Translations under genes and position numbers: made by a program
The notes under the pieces: model-generated
Databases searched by the model: none
Told to the model about the DNA's origin: nothing
What the model saw: only the letters and a program-made list of their open reading frames with translations
From: Ginkgo biloba
Taxonomy: Eukaryota > Plantae > Ginkgophyta
Assembly (NCBI GenBank): GCA_024626585.2
Contig: JANKJI020000002.1
Coordinates: forward strand, 233,234,540 to 233,253,791
Direction of reading: 5' to 3'
DNA length: 19,252 nt
Shown here: piece after piece, positions 1-11,511 of the stretch
How positions within the stretch are numbered: position 1 is the first letter of the stretch
Layout of the letters: every line of letters begins with the position of its first letter

Positions 1-16
1 GGTCTACCCTCAATGA

Positions 17-228
17 CTTGTGAGGGTAGCCTTGTTTACAAAGAAATTCTACTCTTAAAATCTTGTGAGGGTGGCCACATTCCTCAAAATTTCATGAGGG
101 CAATTATTGCTTATAAGATCAAAGCCCTGCCTTCAGGTTTCTATGAGGGCAACTTTCCTTACAAAGCTGAAATCCTACCCTCAAACTTCTGTGAAGGCAA
201 CTCTTTTTACAAAGTTGAAATCCTTCCC
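17..228 (+). repeat. Degenerate ~48-bp minisatellite running into a gap
   Basis: A TGAGGG/TGAAGG core recurs at 21, 66, 95, 144 and 192. The last two units (ttctatgagggcaactttccttacaaagctgaaatcct / ttctgtgaaggcaactctttttacaaagttgaaatcct) are 48 bp apart. Confidence 0.75.
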
Positions 229-1702
229 NNNNNNNNNNNNNNNNNNNNNNNNNNNNNNNNNNNNNNNNNNNNNNNNNNNNNNNNNNNNNNNNNNNNNNNN
301 NNNNNNNNNNNNNNNNNNNNNNNNNNNNNNNNNNNNNNNNNNNNNNNTTTTGGCCATGAAAACATCATTTTTCCTTGATAAAAATCAATCAAACAATAAC
401 CCAAAGACATTACAAAGGAAGATTTTGTTTACAAAAGCAAGTCGGAAAATAGACTCATCAATTTAATGAAGCAATAAATGATGATTGTACCTCAAATATT
501 TGTGTTGATGTTTATGCACTACATTTATGACATTTCTCTATAACTCATGCATGTTATGTCCTCCCATGTAATTACTAACCCATTGTTGATGGTGGGCTCT
601 ACACATGGGACCCATTATTAGTTAGCAATTGCAAAAGAAGATACTAAAGCTACAAAATAGTATATTGACATCACCGAGATATATTGTTGTAAGTAGAATT
701 GCATAGCAAAGAGTTTGTGTTTGTGACAAAAGTGGTTGATACACCCCAAGTTAACTTCGCTCTAAATGCAGATGTAAGAAATAGTGGCCCATCTCTGGTT
801 TGGTATTTTGTTAAATAGATGACACATTGATCGCTTCGAACATACAATAAATTTCCTAGTAGTAGTTTGAAAAAGGAAATAGTGCTTACAAACATTTTAT
901 ATACCACTCAACTTGACTTTTAAGATAGGGATGAATAGCAGGTAGCTTTTTAAGTACAAAGCTGTACACCATTTTATTGGATGCACTGGGTCCAAGAAAA
1001 CTTCTGTAGCCTCTTTCCGGGGCTTATGAAAATGTTTTTTTCATTTCAGTCACAATAAGCTATATGAATTTTCAAAGAAGCTGCGGAGAATACCTTTGCT
1101 GTATTCCAAAATGTAATCTCATGGACATCCGCAATAATGATAAATATCAAATTTGTTTATTGATCAAATCAACCATATCTGAAAGTGTCGCACTCCAAAC
1201 TATAATGCCAAAATGCTGCTGGGTTCCAAAAGGAAAGTAGGATCAGAACAACGATATAGTAAGTCCTACTGGAGGATTGTTCTTTAAGATCAATATAGAC
1301 TTGCACGAAATAGAGCATAATCGCAGCCCTGTAAATTTGTTTGAGCTGAAATCTTTGAGAAAAGGNNNNNNNNNNNNNNNNNNNNNNNNNNNNNNNNNNN
1401 NNNNNNNNNNNNNNNNNNNNNNNNNNNNNNNNNNNNNNNNNNNNNNNNNNNNNNNNNNNNNNNNNTAAAAAAATTATTAAATAATTTATAAAAAATGAAG
1501 AAAAGGGAGAAATAAGGAGGAAAAGCCAAGAATTTTTCATATTTTGTATTAGGAGAGATAAGAAGTTTCTTATTGAATTTTTGTAAAGGTGTTGTGACGA
1601 AAGCCATAAAATTTAATAAAAATGCTAAATTTTTGGTGTTTGTGACCTTGATCTGGCCCAAAATTGAATAGGGGGATCAAAGGTGCACATTTGTGATTGT
1701 GA

Positions 1703-1915
1703 TTATCTTTTTGCTTGATTTTGCATTGTCATTTTACAAACTGGATATATCCGTTGGCCTATTTTACACTCAATTCCATTGAACATGTATGACCATATGC
1801 TTTTCTTTGTAGAGCTTGCGTTTCCTCTCAATCTGTTTAATTCGTCAGCAGCTTGGCTCAATGAATCCATGATATTTCCCAAACCCCAAGCCACTGATAT
1901 ATGGGGGCGAGGATT
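1703..1915 (-). CDS. USB1: USB1-like terminal coding exon with the second HxS motif and stop codon
   Basis: Acceptor tattattgcag|AAT, phase 0. Translates NPRPHISVAWGLGNIMDSLSQAADELNRLRG...FNGIECKIGQRIYPVCKM...KR*, with TAA at 1705-1703. PRPHIS..W and IECKIG are typical of the USB1 C-terminus. Confidence 0.93.
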   Translation of the reverse strand, partial: NPRPHISVAWGLGNIMDSLSQAADELNRLRGNASSTKKSIWSYMFNGIECKIGQRIYPVCKMTMQNQAKR

Positions 1916-2189
1916 CTGCAATAATAGTAGAATCCCATTGTTAGAGCTAGGTTAAGTTCATAACTAGCAAGAAAAATACTTAAGTTATACTCTACAAAAG
2001 TACAGTCACTGACAATGTAGTAATAGATTCCAAAATAAAGATGATTGCATGCTTTACCAATTCAAAGCCAAGATAACTTTTAAGAAGCATTTCCACAACA
2101 CTACAAGAACAAATAAGGAAGGCCATGTAAGAAGCAAAAAAATAGCTTGTCTGCAAGGGCAGATTCCCACAGAAGATTAATAAACACCT

Positions 2190-2871
2190 GATTTCAATAT
2201 TCAATTTGAGTGAGCATGTAAGGACATGTTCTATAGAAAGCCAACACTTGATTATAAGTCAGGGGAATTGTTGCTTGTAATCTCAATGCTACGATCTCAT
2301 TTCTCAAGGCCTCCACCTCTAAGCAAGATGTGTTCTTTGGTACTTGTTCTGTCAGCAATTGATTCTCGAATTTCATGGCTAGTTCTCGGACTTGTTCATA
2401 GCTAGTGATAGGGTGTAAATTCACACGATCATGAACTTGAGGCAATAGTCATTGAATAAAAGTACTTTAGAACATGATGCGAAGAAATTGGATGTGCAGG
2501 ATCCATCCTATTTATTAGTATCTGTATCGTTCCATCAAAATATTTTACAAATCCTCCTAGTAATTGTCGAACTACTTCTAAAGCCTACAAAATAGATAGT
2601 GGACCTTGTAGCCTTTGGAATCTGTCCAAAAAGACTTGCTACAACTCTTTCCATGTCAAATTGTTAACGTTCGCATACTAATACCAAGAAATTGCAATAC
2701 CTCTTAATGTTGAAAAGAAATAGGCCTTGATTTATGTTTCATCCCTAATCTTTCGGATTACAATCCAATTATTAAATAATGCAAAATGGTCTATCGATTC
2801 TACCATCACATCAAATATTAGTGAATGTAAACCATCACCATGATACACAATATAAGGAACATTACCATTAC
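2190..2871 (-). mobile_element. Decayed Ty3/gypsy-type gag fragment (family copy A)
   Basis: Manual translation: VPYIVYHGDGLHSLIFD...DHFALFNNW...AYFFSTLRGIAISWY*...TWKEL*QVFLDRF...LPQVHDRVNLHPITSYEQVRELAMKFENQL. This is a retrotransposon gag capsid pattern with in-frame stops. Confidence 0.8.
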
Positions 2872-3381
2872 NNNNNNNNNNNNNNNNNNNNNNNNNNNNN
2901 NNNNNNNNNNNNNNNNNNNNNNNNNNNNNNNNNNNNNNNNNNNNNNNNNNNNNNNNNNNNNNNNNNNNNNNTTATTTATTTTGCATTTTTAATACATCTC
3001 ACAATAACTGGTTCTATATGTACCAAGAGAGATGCTTCAAACACTTTCTGCTGGCTGCAATACCCAAAGAACATAAGGTCTCAGAATCAGCAGGGTGACA
3101 ATTTCTTCGTAATTCTGACATTGCTGGCTTCATTGTAAATGTCAACATATGGGCTGTCAGGAATATATCCTGCCCCACTATACTTCAAATCTTCTGCTTG
3201 TATTTTGTTTATTCTGTGTTCTGTTGGTAAATTATTATGCCTTCTTGTGCTACTCCCTCTTAAACTCATTTCTTATGCAAGCAACCCTTGAAGCAACGTG
3301 CACATTCAACATTCAACCAAAATCATGTACAATGATGCAACAGAACGGTTAATAGAAAAATCTGCAATGGACTGATATAAG

Positions 3382-3431
3382 TCTGCAGACTTTACAATAT
3401 TTAGTATCTGCAGACTTTACAATATTAAGTA
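3382..3431 (+). repeat. 25-bp tandem duplication
   Basis: tctgcagactttacaatatttagta is followed directly by tctgcagactttacaatattaagta (1 mismatch). Confidence 0.9.
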
Positions 3432-4099
3432 TCAAAAGATGATCACAAATAAGGTCCAAAATACCAAAATAATTCTGTACTAACCTTATACATTACTCAC
3501 AGAGATGAATGGTTAACCCATAAGTTGACACTGCTCAAATAAGCCTTACATGATTAAATGTGCTCAAGAAGCTACCAAAGCATGTCACCAATAATTATCA
3601 AACCTGCTCACCAAAACCCAAATTACCAACAAATGGATACAGTTGCAGACTTGAGGTGCGGATTTGGCACTCTTCAAATTGTTACAAGCCAAAAGAAGGT
3701 CTCGTGTATGGCTGCTATGAGGAAAGAACATCAGCAGTGGAAGAAGAGAAAACCAACAAAATTGGTGGACAACCATGTAAGGCTCCACAACCACCCCTGT
3801 GCCATGAAGAGTCCCGCTAGAAGTTGGCCCAATCCTCAAGCCAGATGGAAGCATAGGTGGGTTTCCATGTAATTTTAAGGGCCTTCTGAAGGTCATTTTC
3901 ATAATTATGACTTATGAATCACATTTCTAGAGAAATCTGACCTTCAGCCATTTGTTTATCAGCTCAATGAGAAGTATGACCGTATTGATATTCCACTGGG
4001 AGCTTTGACTTTAGTTTTTGGAGAAGATCCCAGCCAAGAAATCAAATTTGTCTAATTTATCAGGATCCATCCCTGAGGGTACTATACCTGTATTGGATG

Positions 4100-4778
4100 C
4101 TATTGAATATGAATATGCCATCCAAGTAGATAATAATCAAAGAGCCTAAATATGGTCAAAGAACAACATTCATCAACCTCATGAAAATACTTAGTGCATT
4201 TGATAATCCGAATGGCATGAATCTCCATTTGTACAATCCATATCTCATCTAAAATGCAGTCTTCCAATCATCCCCTTATTTGATGAAATTCTAATAGTAG
4301 TTTCCCCTCAGGTCCACCTTTGAGAAATATGTTGCCACGGATAAAAAATCCATAATGTCATCCATATGTGGCATTGGAAATCTATACTTGATGGTGATTT
4401 TATTAATGGCCCTAGAATCCATGCACATCCATCACGATCCATCATTCTTAGGTGATAATAATGGTGGCACTGCACATGGGTTCAGACTTTCTTATATATG
4501 TCCTTTCTTTAGCAACTTCTACAGTTGTTGGTTCATCTCCTCATTCTCCTGAGGACTTAGTCGGTAAGCAACCTTGTTTGGCAAACTCAATCCTGGGATC
4601 AAGTCGATATCATGTACAATCCCTTTGTCGGGTAGTAATCCTACTGGTAACTCCTTCAGCATAATATCTTTATACTATTCTAATAGTTCTCTTACCTTGG
4701 TTGGTGTCGATTTCGATTGTTCTTCCTCCACCTTTGTTATCAATGCATAGCATGTGCTAGTTACTTTCACATCTCTCA
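4100..4778 (-). mobile_element. Decayed Ty3/gypsy reverse transcriptase fragment, chromovirus CRM-like
   Basis: Translates HDIDLIPGLSLPNKVAYRLSPQENEEM...[44 protein letters not shown]...FSKVDLRG...WKTAF*...MPFGLSNALSIFMRLMN...IYLDGIFIF. The YxDD motif is mutated to YLDG at about 4117-4128 and the match stops just after it. Confidence 0.92.
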
Positions 4779-4879
4779 NNNNNNNNNNNNNNNNNNNNNN
4801 NNNNNNNNNNNNNNNNNNNNNNNNNNNNNNNNNNNNNNNNNNNNNNNNNNNNNNNNNNNNNNNNNNNNNNNNNNNNNNA

Positions 4880-6230
4880 AGATACCAATTTAACTAAACA
4901 TTATCTAAAAGGAGATCATCCTCCAAATATAGGTCTAACATTAGCACTCCACCGTTCGTTAACTGACACAATGCAATGTCAAACAACACTCTCATTAGAC
5001 AGCGCATTACCTTTGTCATCAGTGTTGTTGTCGGCATCATCATTATCATTCATACTTGAACTCAATGTAATTTCCTTGCTCACCGTCTGCGTTTGCAAAT
5101 CAATGCGAAATCGCTTGCGATTCTGCTTGATGGCCAAAGTATCTCTTCCCTAATGTTGAATTTCTCTTGCCTATCTAAGCCATAATTGTTAGTGTAATGC
5201 AGAGTAAGAAGGTGCTACTTGGTACATTCGAATGCCCACAAAATCCACTTTAAAAGCCTAATTCAAAATATGAATGATTTTACCCATTACCAATCCACGT
5301 GGCTCTATACAATTTTGGTCTACCATCTTGAGTGGAAACCTTGAAGGCTAGAATGTTAATTGGTCAAATTATCGCTATAAATTCTTGGAGACGACGTTTA
5401 ATCTCAATTTGTCGTCCATAATAGTTTGGATCAATTCTCAACCCATCCCCTTAATAGTAATTTATGTGCCATGACCTTCCTAAATTGATAGGGAGTCTAC
5501 TTCTGGAAAATTGTCAAGGACTACATCATTCCAAATTAGTCTCTAAATTATCGCACATGCTATAATTGTTGATCGTGCTATCGTCAAGATTACGCTCTAT
5601 GCTTCATCTCGGGCTTGCTAAACTAATGCCTCTACCATATTTGGGATGGCTACAATCAATGTAGCCAATGTGCCCAAAGTTTATAATTGCAAGACTTATT
5701 TGACCAAGCCAATAAAAGAAAATATCTTATTATTGCATTCTACATCTTGCCATCAATCGCTTTGATTCAAGCATCAATTGCCCTTCATGTTTGCACCTCT
5801 TGAGGCCACACACAGAGTTCCTAAGAGGGTGCAAGCTTCAACTATCCCTCCTTTTGCAAGTCTTGGATTGCCTTGTTTGCAAACTAAAAGCACTCCTTTT
5901 CCACTTTTGGTTGAGGATGCAATGCTTGGCCTTACTTTACTGCTATCTAACATACGAGTCTTCCTCCTTGATCAACTCCATCTACACAAGATGAGCAACT
6001 TTCTCCTTTTTATTCGGGGAAGTTTTATCATCATGGTCTCCCATACCACACCATTTGCACAACTTCACACGATTTCAACTGTTATGTGGACAATCTTTGG
6101 CAAAATGCCCCGATTGCTAGCATTTGTAACACTAGATATACAAGTGTCTAGACAAGTCATAATTCACTTGTTTTCCCCTAAAATCTTGATTTGTTCTCCT
6201 GTTTAGATTAGAAAGAAATTTTTGTAAGCA
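4880..6230 (-). mobile_element. Decayed Ty3/gypsy gag C-terminus (two zinc knuckles) and aspartic protease
   Basis: CYKC*QSGHFAKDC at 6131-6090, followed by CKWCGMGDHDDKL. A protease-like segment at about 5460-5100 reads IMDDKLRLNVVS...PSRFPLKMVDQNCIEPRG...FKVDFV...SYSALH*QLWLR*A. Confidence 0.8.
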
Positions 6231-7581
6231 TTTCATTTTTGTTTACTGTTAACTGTTATGGACGTCTACTGCCGCGAGGTCGACCTTTCCGATGCGTAGC
6301 CACGAAGTCCCGACANNNNNNNNNNNNNNNNNNNNNNNNNNNNNNNNNNNNNNNNNNNNNNNNNNNNNNNNNNNNNNNNNNNNNNNNNNNNNNNNNNNNN
6401 NNNNNNNNNNNNNNNTAGTTCCTAGTTTTGTTCCTCCATCAAGACTTCATCCTCCTATTTTTCCTCCACAGCATTCTATGTTCCTTCATATATTTGTGTC
6501 ATCATTAACCACTATAAGACCATTTCAAATTCTATTATCAACCATCTAGCATCCTCACTTTCCACAAAGACTTTCAAATAACAACTAGACCATCTGACTA
6601 GATGTAAAAATTCAAAACTTTCTCCAGGAATTGGTAGCTCCACCTTTGGACATTCGGCAAACAACATCCCAACGAAAATGCTAGGATAAAAGAATAATTC
6701 AAACGAGGGGCTTCCTTAATTTTCTTCAACAAGGTTAGCATTCGAAAGCAAATAAATGCACACCAATTGTAACAAACACCTTCTTTTTCCTAGCAAATTG
6801 CAATACAGAGCTATGTAGGAATATGGGTGTGTTTTCCATGTGCAAATAACTTGGCCACAAGGAATTGAGTGATCTATTGTAGGTCTAGATCTCCAAGCCT
6901 TCTACTCGAATTCCAAAAGAAAATGCATCTAACAAGCTTATATAATATTCCTTGGCGATGGTTTATCAGTCCTACATTATTGCCAAAGGCACTTCCAATG
7001 CATCACAAAGTAATCTAGCGACTTCATGAATAGCAACCCCTAAAATTTACAGACTATCGAGATAATGAGCTACCATGCCAATTGCAGAGATCACACTTGC
7101 CTGGTCATAGAATAGAGGTGGCATCATGACAATACCTACCAATCTTGCCTACGCCAGGGCTTTGTGTTTGTTCTACTCTACATCTTATGTAAGGAACTCC
7201 GCAAAGTATTTTAGAATATCATGTTCCCTTATGTCAATGTTGAATATTGGAAATTGTTTTTCCAAGGCTATGACTTGTCTTTCTGTCGCGATTGCTTCAT
7301 TTTGGCAAGTTTAAATAGGCTTGGTTGTGGTAAGTAGAATAATGTAGCACATTACCCCATGTTGTCATAAATATGTGATGAGGTGGTGGCATAATCTAGA
7401 TTATGCCCCCATTATTGGTAATAATGATCAGGTCATGTTGGTTAATGACATCGTTTGAATGATGATCTTTAAAATTGTGGCNNNNNNNNNNNNNNNNNNN
7501 NNNNNNNNNNNNNNNNNNNNNNNNNNNNNNNNNNNNNNNNNNNNNNNNNNNNNNNNNNNNNNNNNNNNNNNNNNNNNNNNN

Positions 7582-7951
7582 CTTTAGAGATGGCATAGGT
7601 GTCAAGAAAAATTATGAAAACATCAACGGGGAGTGTTAGAATAGTTAATGTTTACATATTTTTATTATGTCTTATAACCTAATGTTATAAGGATAAAATA
7701 TGTAATGTAATATTAAAATATGAAAGGGGTGACTCATTTTAGGGTCAATCCTTAGGGTGACACATGTTGGGAGCTACTAGACAAGTGTCAAGTCTATAAA
7801 TGATAGTTACAAAACCCTTTGTGTATATATGTATACCAGGTTTATACATTTTATCAAATGAGCATTAAGGAAGGTCATGGTAGACCAATTCTACCAAAAT
7901 TTTGTTTTGTTTTTGTGCTTGTTCATCATTGATATCAGATCAATTCTAACA
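7582..7951 (+). mobile_element. Ty1/copia 3' end: pol terminus, polypurine tract and 318-bp LTR (7634-7951)
   Basis: FRDGIGVKKNYENINGEC* resembles a copia RNase H end running into the LTR. A GGGGAG PPT abuts the TG. There is a perfect 9-bp terminal inverted repeat TGTTAGAAT (7634-7642) ... ATTCTAACA (7943-7951), and TATAAAT at 7795-7801. Confidence 0.8.
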
Positions 7952-10150
7952 TTTGTTTTAACACATCCAACTCAATTTATGTAGTTTCTAGTAACACATT
8001 AACCCTAGAGCCATCGTCAATAATCATTTTCTTGACCGCATGATCAAAAATCTGTAATGGGGCTTTGGCGTCTTCATCTATACGATTTACTAGTTTGGTG
8101 GTTTCGATTATTCAAACATGGTTGGTTGGAAATGTCTCGTCTCCACCATTCTATGACAGCTGCTAATGGAATATTAATGTTTAGTTCTACGAATAATTAT
8201 TGTTAAAGACTAATCTTTTGATCGTGACTCATCCTTGGTTGAATGGCAGTTTGTGATGCAGCGATTGTTGGGATTGGTTGCTTCCGTTGATATACCTCTA
8301 GTACTATCTTTATTGTCAAAGTTTTCTCAAGTTTGGTAAGTTTGTTAATTGTTGTTTTGGCTAGTGGTCCTAGCTCTTTCATTATTTCTTAGATGGTTTG
8401 CATAGCTTCTTAGAAAAAGACTTTTTCCNNNNNNNNNNNNNNNNNNNNNNNNNNNNNNNNNNNNNNNNNNTTGCACGTATAATGACCTTTGCAACTTTGG
8501 GTTTGTAAATTGAGAGATTCAATAATATCCAAAACTAACCTAGCCAAGTTGGAATTTTTCATCTTATTTTTGGGTTGTTGCTGCAACTATCCCATTTGTG
8601 ATCTCCTAGACCACATTCTTTGCATACGAATCGACCACCATTTTTAAACATAGGGTATTATGCCCATGTATGCCCCCATTGTAAACATAGATGACAATGT
8701 ATCGGCTTGGTGTTGGCTTACAAATTTTGATGTTCTTTGGGTGAGTTATTGGCATGTTGGTAGAACATATTTCATGTTCCTCATCCCCTATAACCTCCAT
8801 GGCTTGCTTGTATTCCTCCTTGGCTACATTGATTATAGTAGCATGTCTCGATGCTATGTGAGTCCACCTTGCAAATGTAGCATCATTGTAATACAAGCAC
8901 TGTCTAATCCTCAATATGCTCATTCCGTAAATGCCCTTGTTGACTACATGGAGATCGAAACCATATGTCATTACAATGGGTCAGAGCCATTTCCTATCAG
9001 AGCATTGCTATCTCAGTCCAAAGATTTTCAGCATTAGCATTGTTTCGTTGTTGTTTTTGTAAATTTAACATTGATAACTCCCATTGTAATTGCACAATTT
9101 CAAGGTCTTAGGGTTGGAGCCATATAACTTGTGTTATAAGGTTGGTGTTAATCAATTGGTTTTCAAATCAAACAGCAAGGTCATGTACTTGTTCATAGTT
9201 TACATCAAGTGAAACCAAACTAAGATATGGACATGGGGCAACAGTCCTTGTATAAAGATTGCTTATAGATGTAGGGGTGAATGCATGTCTTCTAGCTTGA
9301 ACTTATTTATCAAAATTTGCATTCACCTATCAAAATCCTTGATCGATTCACCTAGTTGTTGTTGAAATTGTTCTAGGGCTTGAAAGATTGCAAAGGGATC
9401 CCTTAACTTTTTTTAATAGATCTAAAAACAAAGTCTAAAGTTGGTCCCAAAATTGGGTTGTTTTGGATCACATACTAGTATAATGTAATGGCAAGTCCTC
9501 ATAAGGTGTTGAAATGGTCAGATATTTTTAAATAACACTAAATGGTCAAATGGTTCATCGATGCCATCATAACATAAATTAGTAAAAGCATTGTCATTTT
9601 ATATGATGATATAAGGTGGGTTCTGGCCGGTTTGATCATTTAGATGTGCCATTGCGAACAAGTGGTTTTTATGCACAGATAAGGATCCCTCTTTTTCTAG
9701 AATTTTCTTGAAAATGCTTTCTAATTTAACTTGTTGTTTGACTAATGAATCATAATGCTTTGAATCTTCTAGGCTGAGCAGTTGCACAAAGAAGCAATCG
9801 GAACTTGTCATGCAATCAATATTGGGAGCCAAGGGGGCTTCGCCTGCCTTCTAATTAAGTGCCAAGTTGATTTCTTCCTTGTCCATTTCCTACAGTGCTC
9901 AGATGCTTCCCTCTATTGGAAGGTTCATTTTTTCATCCTCTTTATCTGGTATTGGTACTTATAGTTTGGGTGTTGTCTTCTTCTTCTTCTTTGGTCCCTT
10001 GGTCGTGATACTACCTATTCCAATGTGGGAATTTAGGCTTTCAACCTTCATGGATTTCTTTTGAGAATTCTATTTTGTGGCCTGTAATAACTTTTGTTGC
10101 TCTCTCTTTTCCTAGCATTTTGTTCGTGAATCTATTGCCTTAGGTCTCAT
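7952..10150 (-). mobile_element. Decayed Ty3/gypsy gag-protease region (family copy B, the most complete)
   Basis: The ATG at 10150 is in frame with the ATG at 9652 (MAHLNDQTGQNPPYII). Capsid-like segment DPFAIFQALEQFQQQLGESIKDFDR...FIQGLLPHVH...YEQVHDLAV*FENQL. Knuckles CYICKVDSHSIETC (8882-8841) and CKECGLGDHKWDSC (8624-8583). Protease motif MIIDDGSRVNVL at about 8027-7993. Confidence 0.85.
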
Positions 10151-10199
10151 GGCGAAGACCCATGGCTATCCTAGAGGATTTTAGGAAAAAGCTACAACC

Positions 10200-10950
10200 T
10201 CCGTAACAGCCAGGGTTACCAAGAACATAGCCAACATAACCGTTGTCTTATGCTTTGTTTGCGAGAACTCGACTATATTCATTAAGGCAACAAAACAATT
10301 GTTTATTATCTATGATGACATAGTAAAAAACGCATTACTAGGGCAAGGATAGCCACGAGAGGCAGGATTACAAACTTGTTACTCTCACTAACAGGTTTGT
10401 GTGTCAAAACATAGAAGGCTATCAATGCTACTAATAACAATTGATATAATTAACAAGAGGACATTACACACATAAGAATGCAAGACAAAATAGAATAGTT
10501 TATATTAATGATTGATTCTATATACACTTGATAATTGATTTCATACAAAATTGATGATGTTCAGGTTTTGCGGCCTACAACATTTATAGAATACAAGGTG
10601 CACTTAATAGGAAGTTGTCTTTTTCTATTCTAATTATTGTGACTAACTATACATTAATTGCATAGTTCACTTGTCTATTTCTTGTGCCTTGCAACCATAT
10701 TTGAAATGACCATCAATTGATTTGCTACGAACACTAGCTAAGGCAATCATGTGTTGCTCTATTACTACCATTTCTTGAGACGACCATCTATTATTCTATT
10801 ACGACCATCTACTAAGACAACCATTATCATAATGTGTCACAACCATCCTACTATAGGTATGATCGCTAATTCGAGTAGTCAAAATCCTAGATAACACTTT
10901 TGACTAGTTAGTCGCCATAAACTATTAGTATTTCTTAAACCCTACTTTTT
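10200..10950 (-). mobile_element. Possible degenerate 5' LTR and PBS region of gag copy B
   Basis: Non-coding region immediately upstream of gag. A PBS-like TGGTAACCCTGGCTG lies on the minus strand at about 10221-10207, and there is a TATA-like tract near 10520. Termini cannot be resolved. Confidence 0.35.
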
Positions 10951-11442
10951 TCACTTATTTCTGATTATACCATAAATTAACAAAAAATACAAATGAATTT
11001 GAACTCTAATTTTATGCTTACATCTGCATGTGTATGGGTTTGTAAACCCTAGGAATGCAAATTTAGACTCTTTTAACTAGGGCAGTCTTGGTCAANNNNN
11101 NNNNNNNNNNNNNNNNNNNNNNNNNNNNNNNNNNNNNNNNNNNNNNNNNNNNNNNNNNNNNNNNNNNNNNNNNNNNNNNNNNNNNNNNNNNNNNNGAAGC
11201 TTCTAGATACTTCAAGAGGCCCTTAGGGGTTATCTTGATGGCTAGAATTAATCTTTAGGAGGCGTCCTAACTGGCACAACTCCCTAGGTAACCTCTTGTT
11301 ACCTTTCTTTCTAAAAATAACCCCAACTGGAGCACTCAACAAGAACTGTAAAATACATGTTCTTGCTTCTAGAAGAACCTTTGGCTTTGAGCCTGTTAAA
11401 GAGGTCTTCATGACCCAACTTTTTCTAGACTATCACACTCAA

Positions 11443-11511
11443 GTTGATCCCATTGTAGAATAGGATCCCTTTTGCACTAATCCATCTTGGGTTGAAACTT
11501 GGTGTAAGTTC
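11443..11511 (+). repeat. Dispersed repeat segment, copy 1 (partner at 15302-15370)
   Basis: gttgatcccattgtagaataggatcccttttgcactaatccatcttgggttgaaacttggtgtaagttc is colinear with the 15302 copy. Confidence 0.75.

Noticed and set aside
17-228. CRISPR-like array
   Set aside because: Whole units are similar, with no unique spacers. The context is eukaryotic and there are no cas genes.
1169-1365. Additional exon or neighbouring gene downstream of the USB1 stop
   Set aside because: There is an acceptor-like tttacag near 1330 on the minus strand, but no recognisable protein and no strong donor. It may be 3' UTR, which cannot be supported without transcripts.
4020-4100. LRR-like NLSNLSGSIPEG on the plus strand
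   Set aside because: A single short match without 24-aa periodicity; probably chance.
5778-6206. 142-aa plus-strand ORF (also 8660-9037 plus and 8606-8971 minus)
   Set aside because: Antisense or off-frame shadows of decayed gag zinc-knuckle regions.
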